A DNA stretch of 64,000 nucleotides from an uncultured Actinomycetota bacterium (GTDB taxonomy: Bacteria; Actinomycetota; Actinomycetes; JAHEKZ01), in NCBI GenBank assembly GCA_963718235.1, contig CAVQYR010000001.1:1248001-1312000 (forward strand), given 5' to 3'. Below the pieces are notes generated by a model, which was not told the DNA's origin, did no database searches, and saw only the letters and a list, made by a program, of their open reading frames with translations. The position numbers were made by a program, and so were the translations under genes. The stretch's first letter is position 1. Each line of letters opens with the position of its first letter. Shown one piece after another: positions 22,970 through 32,164 of the stretch.

Positions 22970-24871
22970 GTGCCCCGCATCCGCCACGACGACATCGCGC
23001 TGGTGCGCGAGCGGGCGCCGATCGCCGACATCGTGGGAGAGCAGGTCACCCTGCGCAACGCGGGCGGGGGCAGCCTCAAGGGGCTGTGCCCTTTCCATGA
23101 CGAGAAGTCGCCCAGCTTCCACGTGACCCCGAGCAAGGGGCTGTACTTCTGCTTCGGCTGCCAGGCCGGGGGAGACGTGATCGACTTCGTGCGGCGGATC
23201 GACCACCTGGACTTCAACGAGGCGGTCGAGAAGCTGGCCGCCCGGGCCGGGGTCCAGCTGCGCTACGAGGAGGCCGGCGTCGCGCCGCGGCGTCAGGCCG
23301 GTGAGCGGACCCGCCTGCTCGAGGCTCACCGCGAGGCCGCCGCGTTCTACGTCGAACAGCTCTCGACTGCGGAGGCGGTGGTCGGTCGCACGTTCCTCGA
23401 CGAGCGCGGCTTCGACGCCGACGCGGCTTCGCACTTCGGGGTCGGCTTCGCTCCAGGCGGGTGGGACGTCTTGACCCGGCACCTGCGGGGCCGTGGTTTC
23501 ACCGACCGCGAGCTGACCGTGGGTGGGCTGGCCAAGGAGGGGCCGCGTGGGCTGATCGACCGGTTCCGCGGCCGGCTCGTCTGGCCGATCCGTGACATCA
23601 CCGGCGACACCGTTGGTTTCGGGGCGCGCAAGCTGCTCGACGACGACCCCGGACCCAAGTACCTCAACAGCGCCGAGTCGCCGATCTACCGCAAGAGCCA
23701 GGTGCTCTACGGCATCGACCTGGCCAAGCGCGACATCGCCAACCGTCGTCAGGCGGTGATCGTCGAGGGGTACACCGACGTCATGGCGTGCCACTTGTCC
23801 GGCGTCACCACTGCGGTGGCCACATGCGGCACGGCGTTCGGTGAGGACCACCGCAAGGTGCTGCGTCGGCTGCTCATGGACGCCGACACCTTTGCCGGTG
23901 AGGTCGTCTTCACCTTCGACGGCGACGCGGCAGGGCAGAAGGCCGCCATGCGTGCCTTCGAGGACGACCAGAGGTTCGTCTCGCAGACGTTCGTGGCCGT
24001 CGAGCGGCACGGGCTTGACCCGTGCGAGCTGCGCCAGCAGTACGGCGGCGACGCAGTGGTGGCGCTGGTCGACCAACGGGTGCCGCTGTTCGAGTTCGCG
24101 ATCCGAAGCGCGTTGGCCGGGCAGAACCTCGAGCTGCCGGAGGGGCGGGTCGCTGCGCTGCGGGCCGCAGCGCCGCTGGTGGCCCGGATCCGCGACGTGT
24201 CGCTGCGCCCGGAGTACGCCCGCTCGCTGGCCGGGTGGCTGGGCATGGACGTCGGCCCGGTGCTGGCCGCGGTCAACCAGGCGATCCGGACCCCGCAGCG
24301 TTCGAGGCCTGCGCGCGCGGAGCCGGCAAGGCCCGAGGCGGCCGAGCAATCGGCCACGCCCGCCACACCCGCCACATCCGCGCGGCTCGAGCGCCCCGAC
24401 CCGCGCGATCGGCGGCTGCTGGTCGACCGCGAGCTGTTGAAGCTCGCCGTCCAGCACCCGGACCTCGTCGGCGAGGCGTTCGACGCGATCCCGCCTGGTT
24501 CGTTCGCCCATCCCGCGTACCGCGCGGTGGCGGAGGCGGTGGCGGTGGCTGGTGGAGTCGAGGCGACGAGCGGTGGGGAGGCGTGGGTGGTCGCCGTCCA
24601 GCAGCACGCGGCTGACGACGTGATCCGTGGGCTGGTCACCGAGCTCGCGGTCGAGCCGGTGCGCGCTGACGGTCCGCTCGAGCATCGCTACGCCCGCGAG
24701 CAGCTTGCGTCGATCCGGGTCCGGGCCGTCGACGCACGGATCGAGGGGCTGCGGTCGACCCTGCAGCGGCTGGACCCCGCGGCCGACGAGTACACCGCGG
24801 TCTTCGGTGAGCTGGTGGCCCTGGAGCAGCAGCGGCGCCAGCTGCACGACGAGGCGTTCGGCGAGGGCTGA
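22970..24871 (+). CDS. dnaG: DNA primase
   Basis: [11 protein letters not shown]...CFGC, KYLNS, VEGYTDV, FDGDAAG; TAGACT 7 nt before GTG. Confidence 0.97.
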   Translation: MPRIRHDDIALVRERAPIADIVGEQVTLRNAGGGSLKGLCPFHDEKSPSFHVTPSKGLYFCFGCQAGGDVIDFVRRIDHLDFNEAVEKLAARAGVQLRYEEAGVAPRRQAGERTRLLEAHREAAAFYVEQLSTAEAVVGRTFLDERGFDADAASHFGVGFAPGGWDVLTRHLRGRGFTDRELTVGGLAKEGPRGLIDRFRGRLVWPIRDITGDTVGFGARKLLDDDPGPKYLNSAESPIYRKSQVLYGIDLAKRDIANRRQAVIVEGYTDVMACHLSGVTTAVATCGTAFGEDHRKVLRRLLMDADTFAGEVVFTFDGDAAGQKAAMRAFEDDQRFVSQTFVAVERHGLDPCELRQQYGGDAVVALVDQRVPLFEFAIRSALAGQNLELPEGRVAALRAAAPLVARIRDVSLRPEYARSLAGWLGMDVGPVLAAVNQAIRTPQRSRPARAEPARPEAAEQSATPATPATSARLERPDPRDRRLLVDRELLKLAVQHPDLVGEAFDAIPPGSFAHPAYRAVAEAVAVAGGVEATSGGEAWVVAVQQHAADDVIRGLVTELAVEPVRADGPLEHRYAREQLASIRVRAVDARIEGLRSTLQRLDPAADEYTAVFGELVALEQQRRQLHDEAFGEG

Positions 24872-24876
24872 GCAGC

Positions 24877-25393
24877 ATGCGATGGCCCGGACGATCCGGC
24901 CTGACCCCGGAGCTGCGCGATGCTTTGGAGACTCCAGCCGGGGGAGCGGGTCCTGGCTGTCGCCCACGACCCGGACGGTCGAGCAGTCGTAGCGACCGAC
25001 CGCGACCTGATGCTGCAGCGCCGACCGCCGACGTACGAGCGGATCGGCTGGGAGACGATCGACAAGGCGACGTACGCCGACGGAGTCCTTCGGGTCACCC
25101 GGGTCGACGAGTCGGGGGTCAGTGGGGGTGCGCTGAAGATCCCGCTGCCGGACCCCGGGTCGTTCCCGGTCGTCGTCCGTGACCGGGTAACGGCCAGCAT
25201 CGTGGTGAGCCAGCCGGTGACTCTGGCCGAGGGCAAGGCAGCGCGGGTCGTCGCTCGCCGGCGTCCTGACCTCGACGCCTTGGCCTGGGGCTACGTGCTC
25301 GACCCCGGGGTCGACCCGGCCGACCCGGGCGTCGTCCGGGCGGCTCAGGCGGCGGTGGCCTCGGTGCGGCTGGAGGCCGGGATCGACGGGTGA
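24877..25393 (+). CDS. Conserved actinobacterial hypothetical protein with a frameshift near 24930
   Basis: MRWPGRSGLTPELRDAL joins RLQPGERVLA...GWETIDKATY...VRDRVTASIV after removing one base. Confidence 0.65.
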
Positions 25394-25430
25394 GCCCGGC
25401 TGATATTCTCGCGGCTGCTCGTTCGCACGG

Positions 25431-25503
25431 TCCCGCGTAGCTCAATTGGCAGAGCAGCCGGCTGTTAACCGGCAGGTTACTGGTTCGAGTCCAGTCGCGG
25501 GAG
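25431..25503 (+). tRNA. tRNA-Asn (GTT)
   Basis: TCCCGCG/CGCGGGA acceptor stem, TAGCTCAATTGGCAGAGC D-arm, anticodon GTT at 25464-25466, GGTTCGAGTCC T-arm; CCA not encoded. Confidence 0.97.
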
Positions 25504-25568
25504 CTTCGTTTGGGGATCTCCGCAGGTCGGGTCCGCGTCGGGTGAACGTGCGGGCCATCAACCGGGCG

Positions 25569-25592
25569 CGGTACGGCAACCGGTACGGCAAC
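25569..25592. repeat. Tandem 12-mer CGGTACGGCAAC x2, putative integrase arm-type sites
   Basis: Perfect tandem repeat between the tRNA 3' end and the integrase stop codon. Confidence 0.65.
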
Positions 25593-25617
25593 CAGCCGAA
25601 GGTGACGGTGGATTGTC

Positions 25618-25746
25618 CTAAATGAGTGCATCGGAGAGCCGCTTGATCGCCTCGATGTCGGCTCCGGGGAGACTGTGACCGTAGATGTCTAGGGTCGTGC
25701 TTGATCTCGAGTGACCGAGGATCGTGGAGACGGTCAGTGCGGGATT
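25618..25746 (-). pseudogene. Tyrosine integrase C-terminal remnant
   Basis: Minus strand reads NPALTVSTILGHSRSSTTLDIYGHSLPGADIEAIKRLSDALI*, the box II LGH...T...Y motif, pointing at the tRNA. Confidence 0.85.
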
Positions 25747-25927
25747 CGACTGCTCAGACATGGTGCAGTTCCTCGACCTGGTGAGCAGACAGGATTGGGG
25801 TGTATGCGAACGTGTCCAGCGAGGGGCCTCTTCTCCCGGATTCGACCGAGGCGTCTATCCACCCCAGGATGCCCTGCTGCACCGGTTCGCCGAGCGCTAT
25901 CTCAGATGCCGCGGACCACTGCCTTGA
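25739..25927 (+). pseudogene. C-terminal fragment of a Rieske oxygenase alpha subunit
   Basis: GFDCSDMVQFLDLVSRQDWGVCERVQRGASSPGFDRGVY...LHRFAERY; no Rieske domain upstream. Confidence 0.75.
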
Positions 25928-26211
25928 GTGACCCTGCCAAGACTCCGGGATGGGTGGACTCTGGGCCGGTCCACCACGACAACGATCCTGAGCGCCACCC
26001 GTGGCCTTCCATGCAAACGGGTTGGACGTGGCGGACCCCCGTCTCATCCACCTTGCTGGAAGGTCGCCGAGCCAAGGCGACGCGACTCCTCGGCATTGCG
26101 AACGCAGGAGGGATGAGCCACCTTTCCCAGTGGTTGGGGCGGAGTCAGGGACGTCATCGCGAGCGACGTTGACCACGGCCGACGGACACCGACCGGTTCC
26201 CCAGCTCGGGT

Positions 26212-27160
26212 TCAGGTGAACGCGATGGGGTCCTGCGGCGAGCGGTCAACGGTCAGAGAGAACACGTCGGGGCGACCGTAGTGCCCGGCTACGTCCAGCG
26301 TGCGGTGCAGAGCGCTCGAGGCGTCAGCATGGAGGTCGGCGTAGATAATGCCGTACTCGTCCCGCAGCGGGCCAGCAACGATCTGCCCGTCCGGCGCGAC
26401 CACGACCGAGTCTCCAGAGTTGATCCACGTGTCTGGGTCGGTGAACACGGCGTCCTTCGATGGGAAGGTCGCGGGGATGTCGCGTGAGTTGAGGGCGCAG
26501 CCTGATCCGATCACCCAGCAGCGACCTTCAGCGGCGATGTGCCGCATCGACGACACCCAGGTATCGCCGTGATCCCAGGTGGAGGCAACGTAGATCTGGA
26601 CGCCCTCTGCGTACAGTGCGTACCTCGCCAGCGGCATGTAGTTCTCCCAGCAGATCAACCCGCCCAGCCGACCAAATGCCGTATCGACGACGCGCAGGCC
26701 TGAGGCGTCTCCTTGCCCCCAAACCATCCGCTCTGGATTGGTCGGGATCAGCTTGCGGTGCCGGTTCAGGACCGATCCATCGGCACCGACTGTGACCAGG
26801 GTGTTGTAGAGCGTCCCCCGGCTGAACGTTCCCTCCCGCTCGTGAATGCCACATACAACAACCACGCCGTGCTCGGCAGCGGCCATGCGAAGGGGCTGCA
26901 AGTCATCAGTCGTCAGGTCGACACTTGCCTCGAGCAACTTGGCATGGATGTCCTCAGTCAAGCTCATAGTCGTCGCCAGGCCGCAACGACCAGATCCAGG
27001 CGGGGTACCCCGGAATGAACGTCTCCGGAAACACGACCAACTTTGCACCGACAGCCGCGACCTCCGCGACGGCATCGACCGCCACGGCCATCGTGGCGCT
27101 CCGATCGAGCAGGATCGGCGGGCGCTGGACCACCGCTACCTTTGTCGAACCGTCAACCAT
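26212..27160 (-). CDS. Nitrilase (carbon-nitrogen hydrolase), frameshift near 26962
   Basis: VFPETFIPGYP (Glu), HRKLIPT..ER.VWGQGD (Lys), GGLICWENYMPLAR (Cys), DVAGHYGRPDVF. Confidence 0.88.
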
Positions 27161-27380
27161 GGCGGGGCCTTCCGTCGACGCACGTTCGGTGGGGCCAACC
27201 ATACTGTCGCTGTCCGAGGCAGCCTGAGCGGCGGCTGAAGGTTGGCAGCCAGGGCATACGCGGGAACGCACAACGGCCTGCGACATGCTCAAGGGAGTAC
27301 TCCAACTGCCAGCCTGGGCAGCAAGCCCCAGTCCGCAGCCGTCTGCTTGGAGTACCGGCGAAGGGAACTGAGAGGCGTGC

Positions 27381-28412
27381 TCACCGATCGAGTTGGGGTG
27401 CGGGAGCGCCGGCCTGGAGTTCGGTGACGATCTGGCTGAGCGCGTTCTCAGCGATGTGCTTGTTGAGCATGAACACCTTCGAGGCTGCACGTACTGTCGT
27501 TCGCGTCGTCCCCCCAGTGTCGGGGGTGAGCCACAGCGTGACGACCACGGGGCACCCGTTGAGGCGAACGCCGGCTTGCCACCAGCCCCGCAGAACGGTC
27601 TGCGGCCCAGACACCCAGTCACCCACAAGGACTGCGTCAGCCTGGGCCAAGGCCTCGCGGCCACGCTTGCCTGCTGTCTCCGAATCGACCGGAAGGACCA
27701 AGTCGGCTTGACGGACTACCGTCGGCAGACCGAGGAGCAGGCCCCCAGACCTACGGAGGAATCGGTAGCTGTGGGCGATGGCATGCTCCAGGACTGCTTC
27801 CTCGTCCTCCGACGGCGCCAAGACGCCGGGAGCCTCGATTGACCGCTTCAGCACCTGCTCGGTGTAGCCGGATCCCGCCCCTGGGCGCTTCCGGTCAGGA
27901 ATTGCCGCCAGGGCGCACATGAGCCCGGCAAAGCACAACAGGATGCAGAGCAGCGCGACCTCGCCGAAAACCCACTCAGGCAGGTCAGCGACCGACCGGA
28001 TGAGGGCCAGGATGAGGAACGCCACCCACCCTGACAGGAAGAGCACGAGTCCCACGACACCCCAGCGGACTGAGTGCGGGCCTAGCGCCATCCAGTCCTC
28101 GACCCGCCGCACAGCCACCACGACCAGAAGGAAGAAGACTGGCACACAGAGCATTGCCCACGATGTCGACTCGGGCCACGTCTCCGTGAGCCAGATCCCC
28201 ACCGACAAGACGACGAGCGCCCCGAGCCCCGCCAGGACTGCGCCCAAGAGCGCAGTGAGCGAGTCCGCCTTGGAGGAGGACGAGTATGCGGGACTCGAAG
28301 GCTCGTCAGTCCGGCGATCAGCCACCTCGGGCTTCGGGGTTGACACGACGACCACCTCCACCAAACTCAGTCTGTGCGGATCCTGCATGCGGCGGTAGAG
28401 ACCTTCGGCCAT
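27381..28412 (-). CDS. Hypothetical membrane protein (about 4 TM plus soluble C-terminal domain); start uncertain
   Basis: Long ORF with four hydrophobic segments; no family recognised. Confidence 0.55.
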   Translation of the reverse strand: MAEGLYRRMQDPHRLSLVEVVVVSTPKPEVADRRTDEPSSPAYSSSSKADSLTALLGAVLAGLGALVVLSVGIWLTETWPESTSWAMLCVPVFFLLVVVAVRRVEDWMALGPHSVRWGVVGLVLFLSGWVAFLILALIRSVADLPEWVFGEVALLCILLCFAGLMCALAAIPDRKRPGAGSGYTEQVLKRSIEAPGVLAPSEDEEAVLEHAIAHSYRFLRRSGGLLLGLPTVVRQADLVLPVDSETAGKRGREALAQADAVLVGDWVSGPQTVLRGWWQAGVRLNGCPVVVTLWLTPDTGGTTRTTVRAASKVFMLNKHIAENALSQIVTELQAGAPAPQLDR

Positions 28413-28598
28413 CACGGTCTGCCTCGGGCTCAGCGAACCCCCGACCTGGTCAGCTCGACCGACGCGACAGCCAGCTCGCAGCCGGTCAGCCGCGGACCTC
28501 GGGCCGAAGGCCTCTGACGAAGCCGGCGAGCAGCCCGCAGACTGGGACTTGAGAAGCCCTCGGCGTGGAGGGCTGGCAGGCGGAAGGCGGTGACTCCC

Positions 28599-28760
28599 AT
28601 GACGAGCCACCCGGATCTGCGAGAAGGCGACCCCAGGGTCCACGACTTGATCGCGCGCATCGACGAGGCGATCGACGAGGGTGACGAGGAGTTGGTCGAG
28701 AAGTTGAGCGTCGAGCTTCACGTGCTGGACCCGATGGCTGGAGCCGGGTCGGATACGTGA
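28599..28760 (+). CDS. Small acidic protein (53 aa), below the ORF-track cutoff
   Basis: MTSHPDLREGDPRVHDLIARIDEAIDEGDEELVEKLSVELHVLDPMAGAGSDT; GGAAGG upstream; GC-rich third positions. Confidence 0.55.
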   Translation: MTSHPDLREGDPRVHDLIARIDEAIDEGDEELVEKLSVELHVLDPMAGAGSDT

Positions 28761-28789
28761 GGCTACGAGGGGACGGTGGACAATCCCTT

Positions 28790-29649
28790 ATGGGTGAGTC
28801 CGCTGGATCGGTCGTCGTCGGGGGACGCACGCTGCGAGTGACCAGCCCCGACCGCGTGGTGTATCCCGCGGACGGGGTCACCAAGGCCGCAGTCATCGGC
28901 TACTACGTGCACATGGCCGAGCGCATGCTGCCGCACCTGCGTCGGCGTCCCGTGACGCGGATCCGGTGGCCGGGTGGGGTCAACGAGCCGCGGTTCTTCG
29001 AGAAGCAGTTGCCCAAGGGGGCGCCGACCTGGATCGAGTCACTCGACCTGGTGCACTCGGACGGCACGGTCACCTACCCGTTCGCGCACGAGCCAGCCAC
29101 GCTCGCTTGGTTCGCGCAGCAGAACGCCCTCGAGCTGCACGTGCCCCAGTGGCGCTGGCACGGTGACGCGCCGCGCATCGACCGACTGGTGCTCGACCTC
29201 GATCCCGGGCCAGGAACGGGTCTCGCCGAGTGCGTGCAGATCGCGCTGTGGATGAAGGAGCGACTCGACGTCGACGGACTGGCGAGCGTTCCTGTCACGA
29301 GCGGGAGCAAGGGCATCCACGTCTACGCGCGCTGGAGCTCGTCGGGTCGTTCACAGACCACCAGCGAGTACGCAAAGGCGCTCGCGGACGACGCCGTCGC
29401 GACCTTCCCCAGGCTGGCCACGGCGTCCATGGCCAAGGTCGAGCGTGACGGCAAGGTGCTCATCGACTGGTCGCAGAACAACCCGTCGAAGACGACGATC
29501 ACGCCCTATTCGTTGCGTGGTCGAGCGCGGCCCTTCGTCGCCGTACCTAGACGATGGGACGAGGTCGAAGCCCAGGTCTGGACCAGTTGCTGATGGCGGA
29601 CGCGTTGGAACGCCTCGACGACCCCGATCCGCTCGAGGTGCTGCTCTAG
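28790..29649 (+). CDS. ligD: LigD polymerase (primase-polymerase) domain protein, frameshift near 29572
   Basis: TSPDRVVYP...TK, RWPGG..FFEK, ELH, DRLVLDLDPG, TSGSKGIH, IDWSQN, PYSLRGR; tail PGLDQL...DPLEVLL* in the next frame. Confidence 0.88.
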
Positions 29650-29652
29650 CCC

Positions 29653-30649
29653 CTACGCGGTCTTGCGTCGCGATGGTGCCTTCTTCGTCGCCTTCTTGGC
29701 CACGGCCTTCTTCGTCGGGGCCTTGGTGGTCTTCTTGGCTGCGTTCTTCGCCGTCTTGGCCACGGTCTTCCTCGACGGCGTCTTGGTGGTCTTCTTGGTC
29801 GTGGTCTTGGCCGCCTTGGCGGCAGTCTTCTTCGCCGGTGCCGTGGTGGTCGTCTTCACGACCGGCTTCTTCTTCGCGGGCTTGTCCTCGGCCGCGGCAA
29901 CGCTCGCCCGCAGGGCGTCCATCAGGTCGATGACGTTCGACTGGGGTGCGGCCTCGACCGGTCGAGCGATCTCCTGCCCGGCAATCTTGGCGTCGACCAT
30001 CTCGCGGAGCACCTCGCGGTACTGGTCGTGGAACTGGCTCGGGTCGAAGCCTTCGTCGAAGGCGTTGACGAACATCGACGCCATGTCGAGCTCTTGCGGT
30101 CGGACGTCGACGTCGTCATCCATGAAGGAGAAGTGCGGCTTGCGAACCTCGTCGGGCCACAGCATCGTCTGGACGACCAGGACGCCGTCCTGAGCGCGGA
30201 TCGTGGCCAGCCGCTCGCGCTGGCGCAGCGCCAGCTTGACGATGGCCACCTTGTCGGTCGCGACCAACGAGTCGTGCAGCAGCACGTACGGCTTCGCGTC
30301 CCCGGTCGGCTCGGCGTAGTAGGCCTTGGACAGCGAGACCGGGTTGATCTCGTCCCGGTCGGCGAAGCTGACCACCTCGACGGACTTCGTGGAGGCGATG
30401 GGCAGGTTCGCGAGGTCCTTGTCGGTGAGGACCACCATGTTCTCGTCCTCGAGCTCGTAGCCCTTGGCGATCTGACCGTACGGGCACCTCCTCACCGTCG
30501 ACGGAGCAGAAGCGCTTGTACTTGATCCGCCCGCCGTCGGCCGCGTGCACCTGCCGCAGGGGGACGTCCTTCTCCTCGGTGGCCGAGACGAGGCGCACGG
30601 GGATCGAGACCAGGCCGAACGCGATCGAGCCCTTCCAGACGGTCTGCAT
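29653..30649 (-). CDS. ku: NHEJ Ku protein with Lys/Ala/Thr-rich tail, frameshift near 30484
   Basis: MQTVWKGSIAFGLVSIPVRL, IAKGYE, KPYVLL, LWPDEVR, NVIDLMDALRASV. Confidence 0.92.
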
Positions 30650-30774
30650 CAGGTGCTCCAGGGGTAGGGATGGGGCAGCAGCCATCCCATGATGGCCCAC
30701 TCCCCGGAGATTGGACCCGTTTCAGGCGTCTGACCCCGTTTCCGGGCCGACACGCCGGGCCATGTCCCGGATCC

Positions 30775-30796
30775 TGTCAGACCCTCGTGCCAGCGT
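30775..30796 (+). promoter_or_regulatory. Putative RecA-NDp/PafBC-type DNA-damage promoter
   Basis: TGTCAG-N10-CAGCGT versus consensus TGTCGG-N10-TAnnnT. Confidence 0.5.
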
Positions 30797-30835
30797 GGAG
30801 GCCGTGGGGGATCGAAGCTACGAGGAGGACGTGCC

Positions 30836-31024
30836 ATGCCCGGGAGCGCCGAGACGGTCGAGTACTGGTGCCACGACTGCCGCGACGACCGCCCCTTCGA
30901 GGTGGTCCCTGGGGTCCACGACGCAGCGGCCCGTGAGTGGGCGTGCGTGACGTGCGGTGCGGCCTACATCGAGGCCTTTGACGTCGCGATGCAGATCGAG
31001 ACTGACGTCCGAGGTGTTGCCTAG
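30836..31024 (+). CDS. Small zinc-ribbon protein
   Basis: WCHDC...FE...EWACVTCGAA; GAGGAGG SD. Confidence 0.75.
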   Translation: MPGSAETVEYWCHDCRDDRPFEVVPGVHDAAAREWACVTCGAAYIEAFDVAMQIETDVRGVA

Positions 31025-31046
31025 CCCGAGGGCGGTGTACCTGTCC

Positions 31047-31466
31047 TCACACGGTGACCTTGGGCCGCTGGGCCTCACCAGCCCGCTGCCCCGACTCGAG
31101 CACGGTGGACTTGGCGAGCAGGCTGTGGTGGATCGTGGCAATCAGCCACATCGCAACCATCGCTACCATCACCACGGTCAGCGCGTTCTGGCTCGATCCG
31201 ACCAGCATCACCACGCCCGCGATCAGAGCCACGAAGCCAAGCAGCGAGGTCACCGCCAAGTAGACCCTGTTGCCGTGCAGTAGCTGGCCGAAAGTGGGCA
31301 CGACCGCAGTGGCGGAGGCAGCGAAGCCCAGGGCGAGGATGACGGCACCCGCGACCCGGACACTGCTCATCGCCGTCGGCACGGTGTCAAGAAGCCACAG
31401 CAGATAGATCACCCCGGCGGCGGCTACCAAGCCGGTTGCGACGAGGTCTCGCTTCTGGAGGGTCAT
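31047..31466 (-). CDS. Hypothetical 4-TM membrane protein
   Basis: MTLQKRDLVATGL..., four hydrophobic helices, GGGAGG SD. Confidence 0.7.
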   Translation of the reverse strand: MTLQKRDLVATGLVAAAGVIYLLWLLDTVPTAMSSVRVAGAVILALGFAASATAVVPTFGQLLHGNRVYLAVTSLLGFVALIAGVVMLVGSSQNALTVVMVAMVAMWLIATIHHSLLAKSTVLESGQRAGEAQRPKVTV

Positions 31467-31723
31467 GATCGTCCTCCCATCTCTCCCTGCCAGCACCGCA
31501 CCACCGCGAAGAGTGCGAAGCGCAGTTACCTCTGGCACCCTCAGCATCTGCCGGGCAGGCGGACGTTTGCCAGAGGCGTTGGCCCCGCTCTGACCGAGGC
31601 ATCGGAGGGGACGTGGCGAGCCGGTCAGGCGCGGAGGCCTGGCTCGGGAGGTCACGGGCTTTCGACTCTGGCGGAGTGTCGTGGCCAGCCGGAACATGGG
31701 GGTGAGGACCGAGGAGGTGTGTC

Positions 31724-32047
31724 ATGTCTGTGCCTACGCCGTTCCTGAAATCTGATGCGACGCCCGGCTACGAAAGCCCGCCGGTACAGGACCCAGACGC
31801 CGTCGAGCGCGCCCAGGCGCGTAAGCGTCTTCAGGACCGCCGCAAGATCGTCACCGACGTCGTCTCGTACGTGGTGATCAACGCATTCCTTGTCTTCGTC
31901 TGGCTCATGTCAGGCGGCGGCTACTTCTGGCCCGGGTGGGTGATGGCCGGTTGGGGCATCTTCCTCGTCCTGCACGTGTGGGAGGTCTTCTGGCGGCGCC
32001 CGATCACCGAAGCCGATGTCGACGAGGAAGTCCGTCGCAGCCGGTAG
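31724..32047 (+). CDS. 2TM domain-containing protein
   Basis: YVVINAFLVFVW..GGGYFWPGWVMAGWGIFLVLH...ITEADVDEE; GAGGAGG SD. Confidence 0.85.
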   Translation: MSVPTPFLKSDATPGYESPPVQDPDAVERAQARKRLQDRRKIVTDVVSYVVINAFLVFVWLMSGGGYFWPGWVMAGWGIFLVLHVWEVFWRRPITEADVDEEVRRSR

Positions 32048-32164
32048 CCCCACAGCGATCGGCCTCTGACGACGAGTAACCGGGTGGCGCACCGGCCGTG
32101 GCTGGCTTAGTTCTTGCTGCATGTGAGCGTGCTCGCGCGGGCAAGGCACTCCTAGACTCCGTCT

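Noticed and set aside
25928-26211. Short ORFs between the Rieske fragment and the nitrilase
   Set aside because: No motif, SD or consistent codon pattern; probably decayed island DNA
29653-29890. Repetitive TTCTT/GTCTTGG tract as a CRISPR array or VNTR
   Set aside because: It encodes the Lys/Ala/Thr-rich Ku tail; there is no repeat-spacer structure
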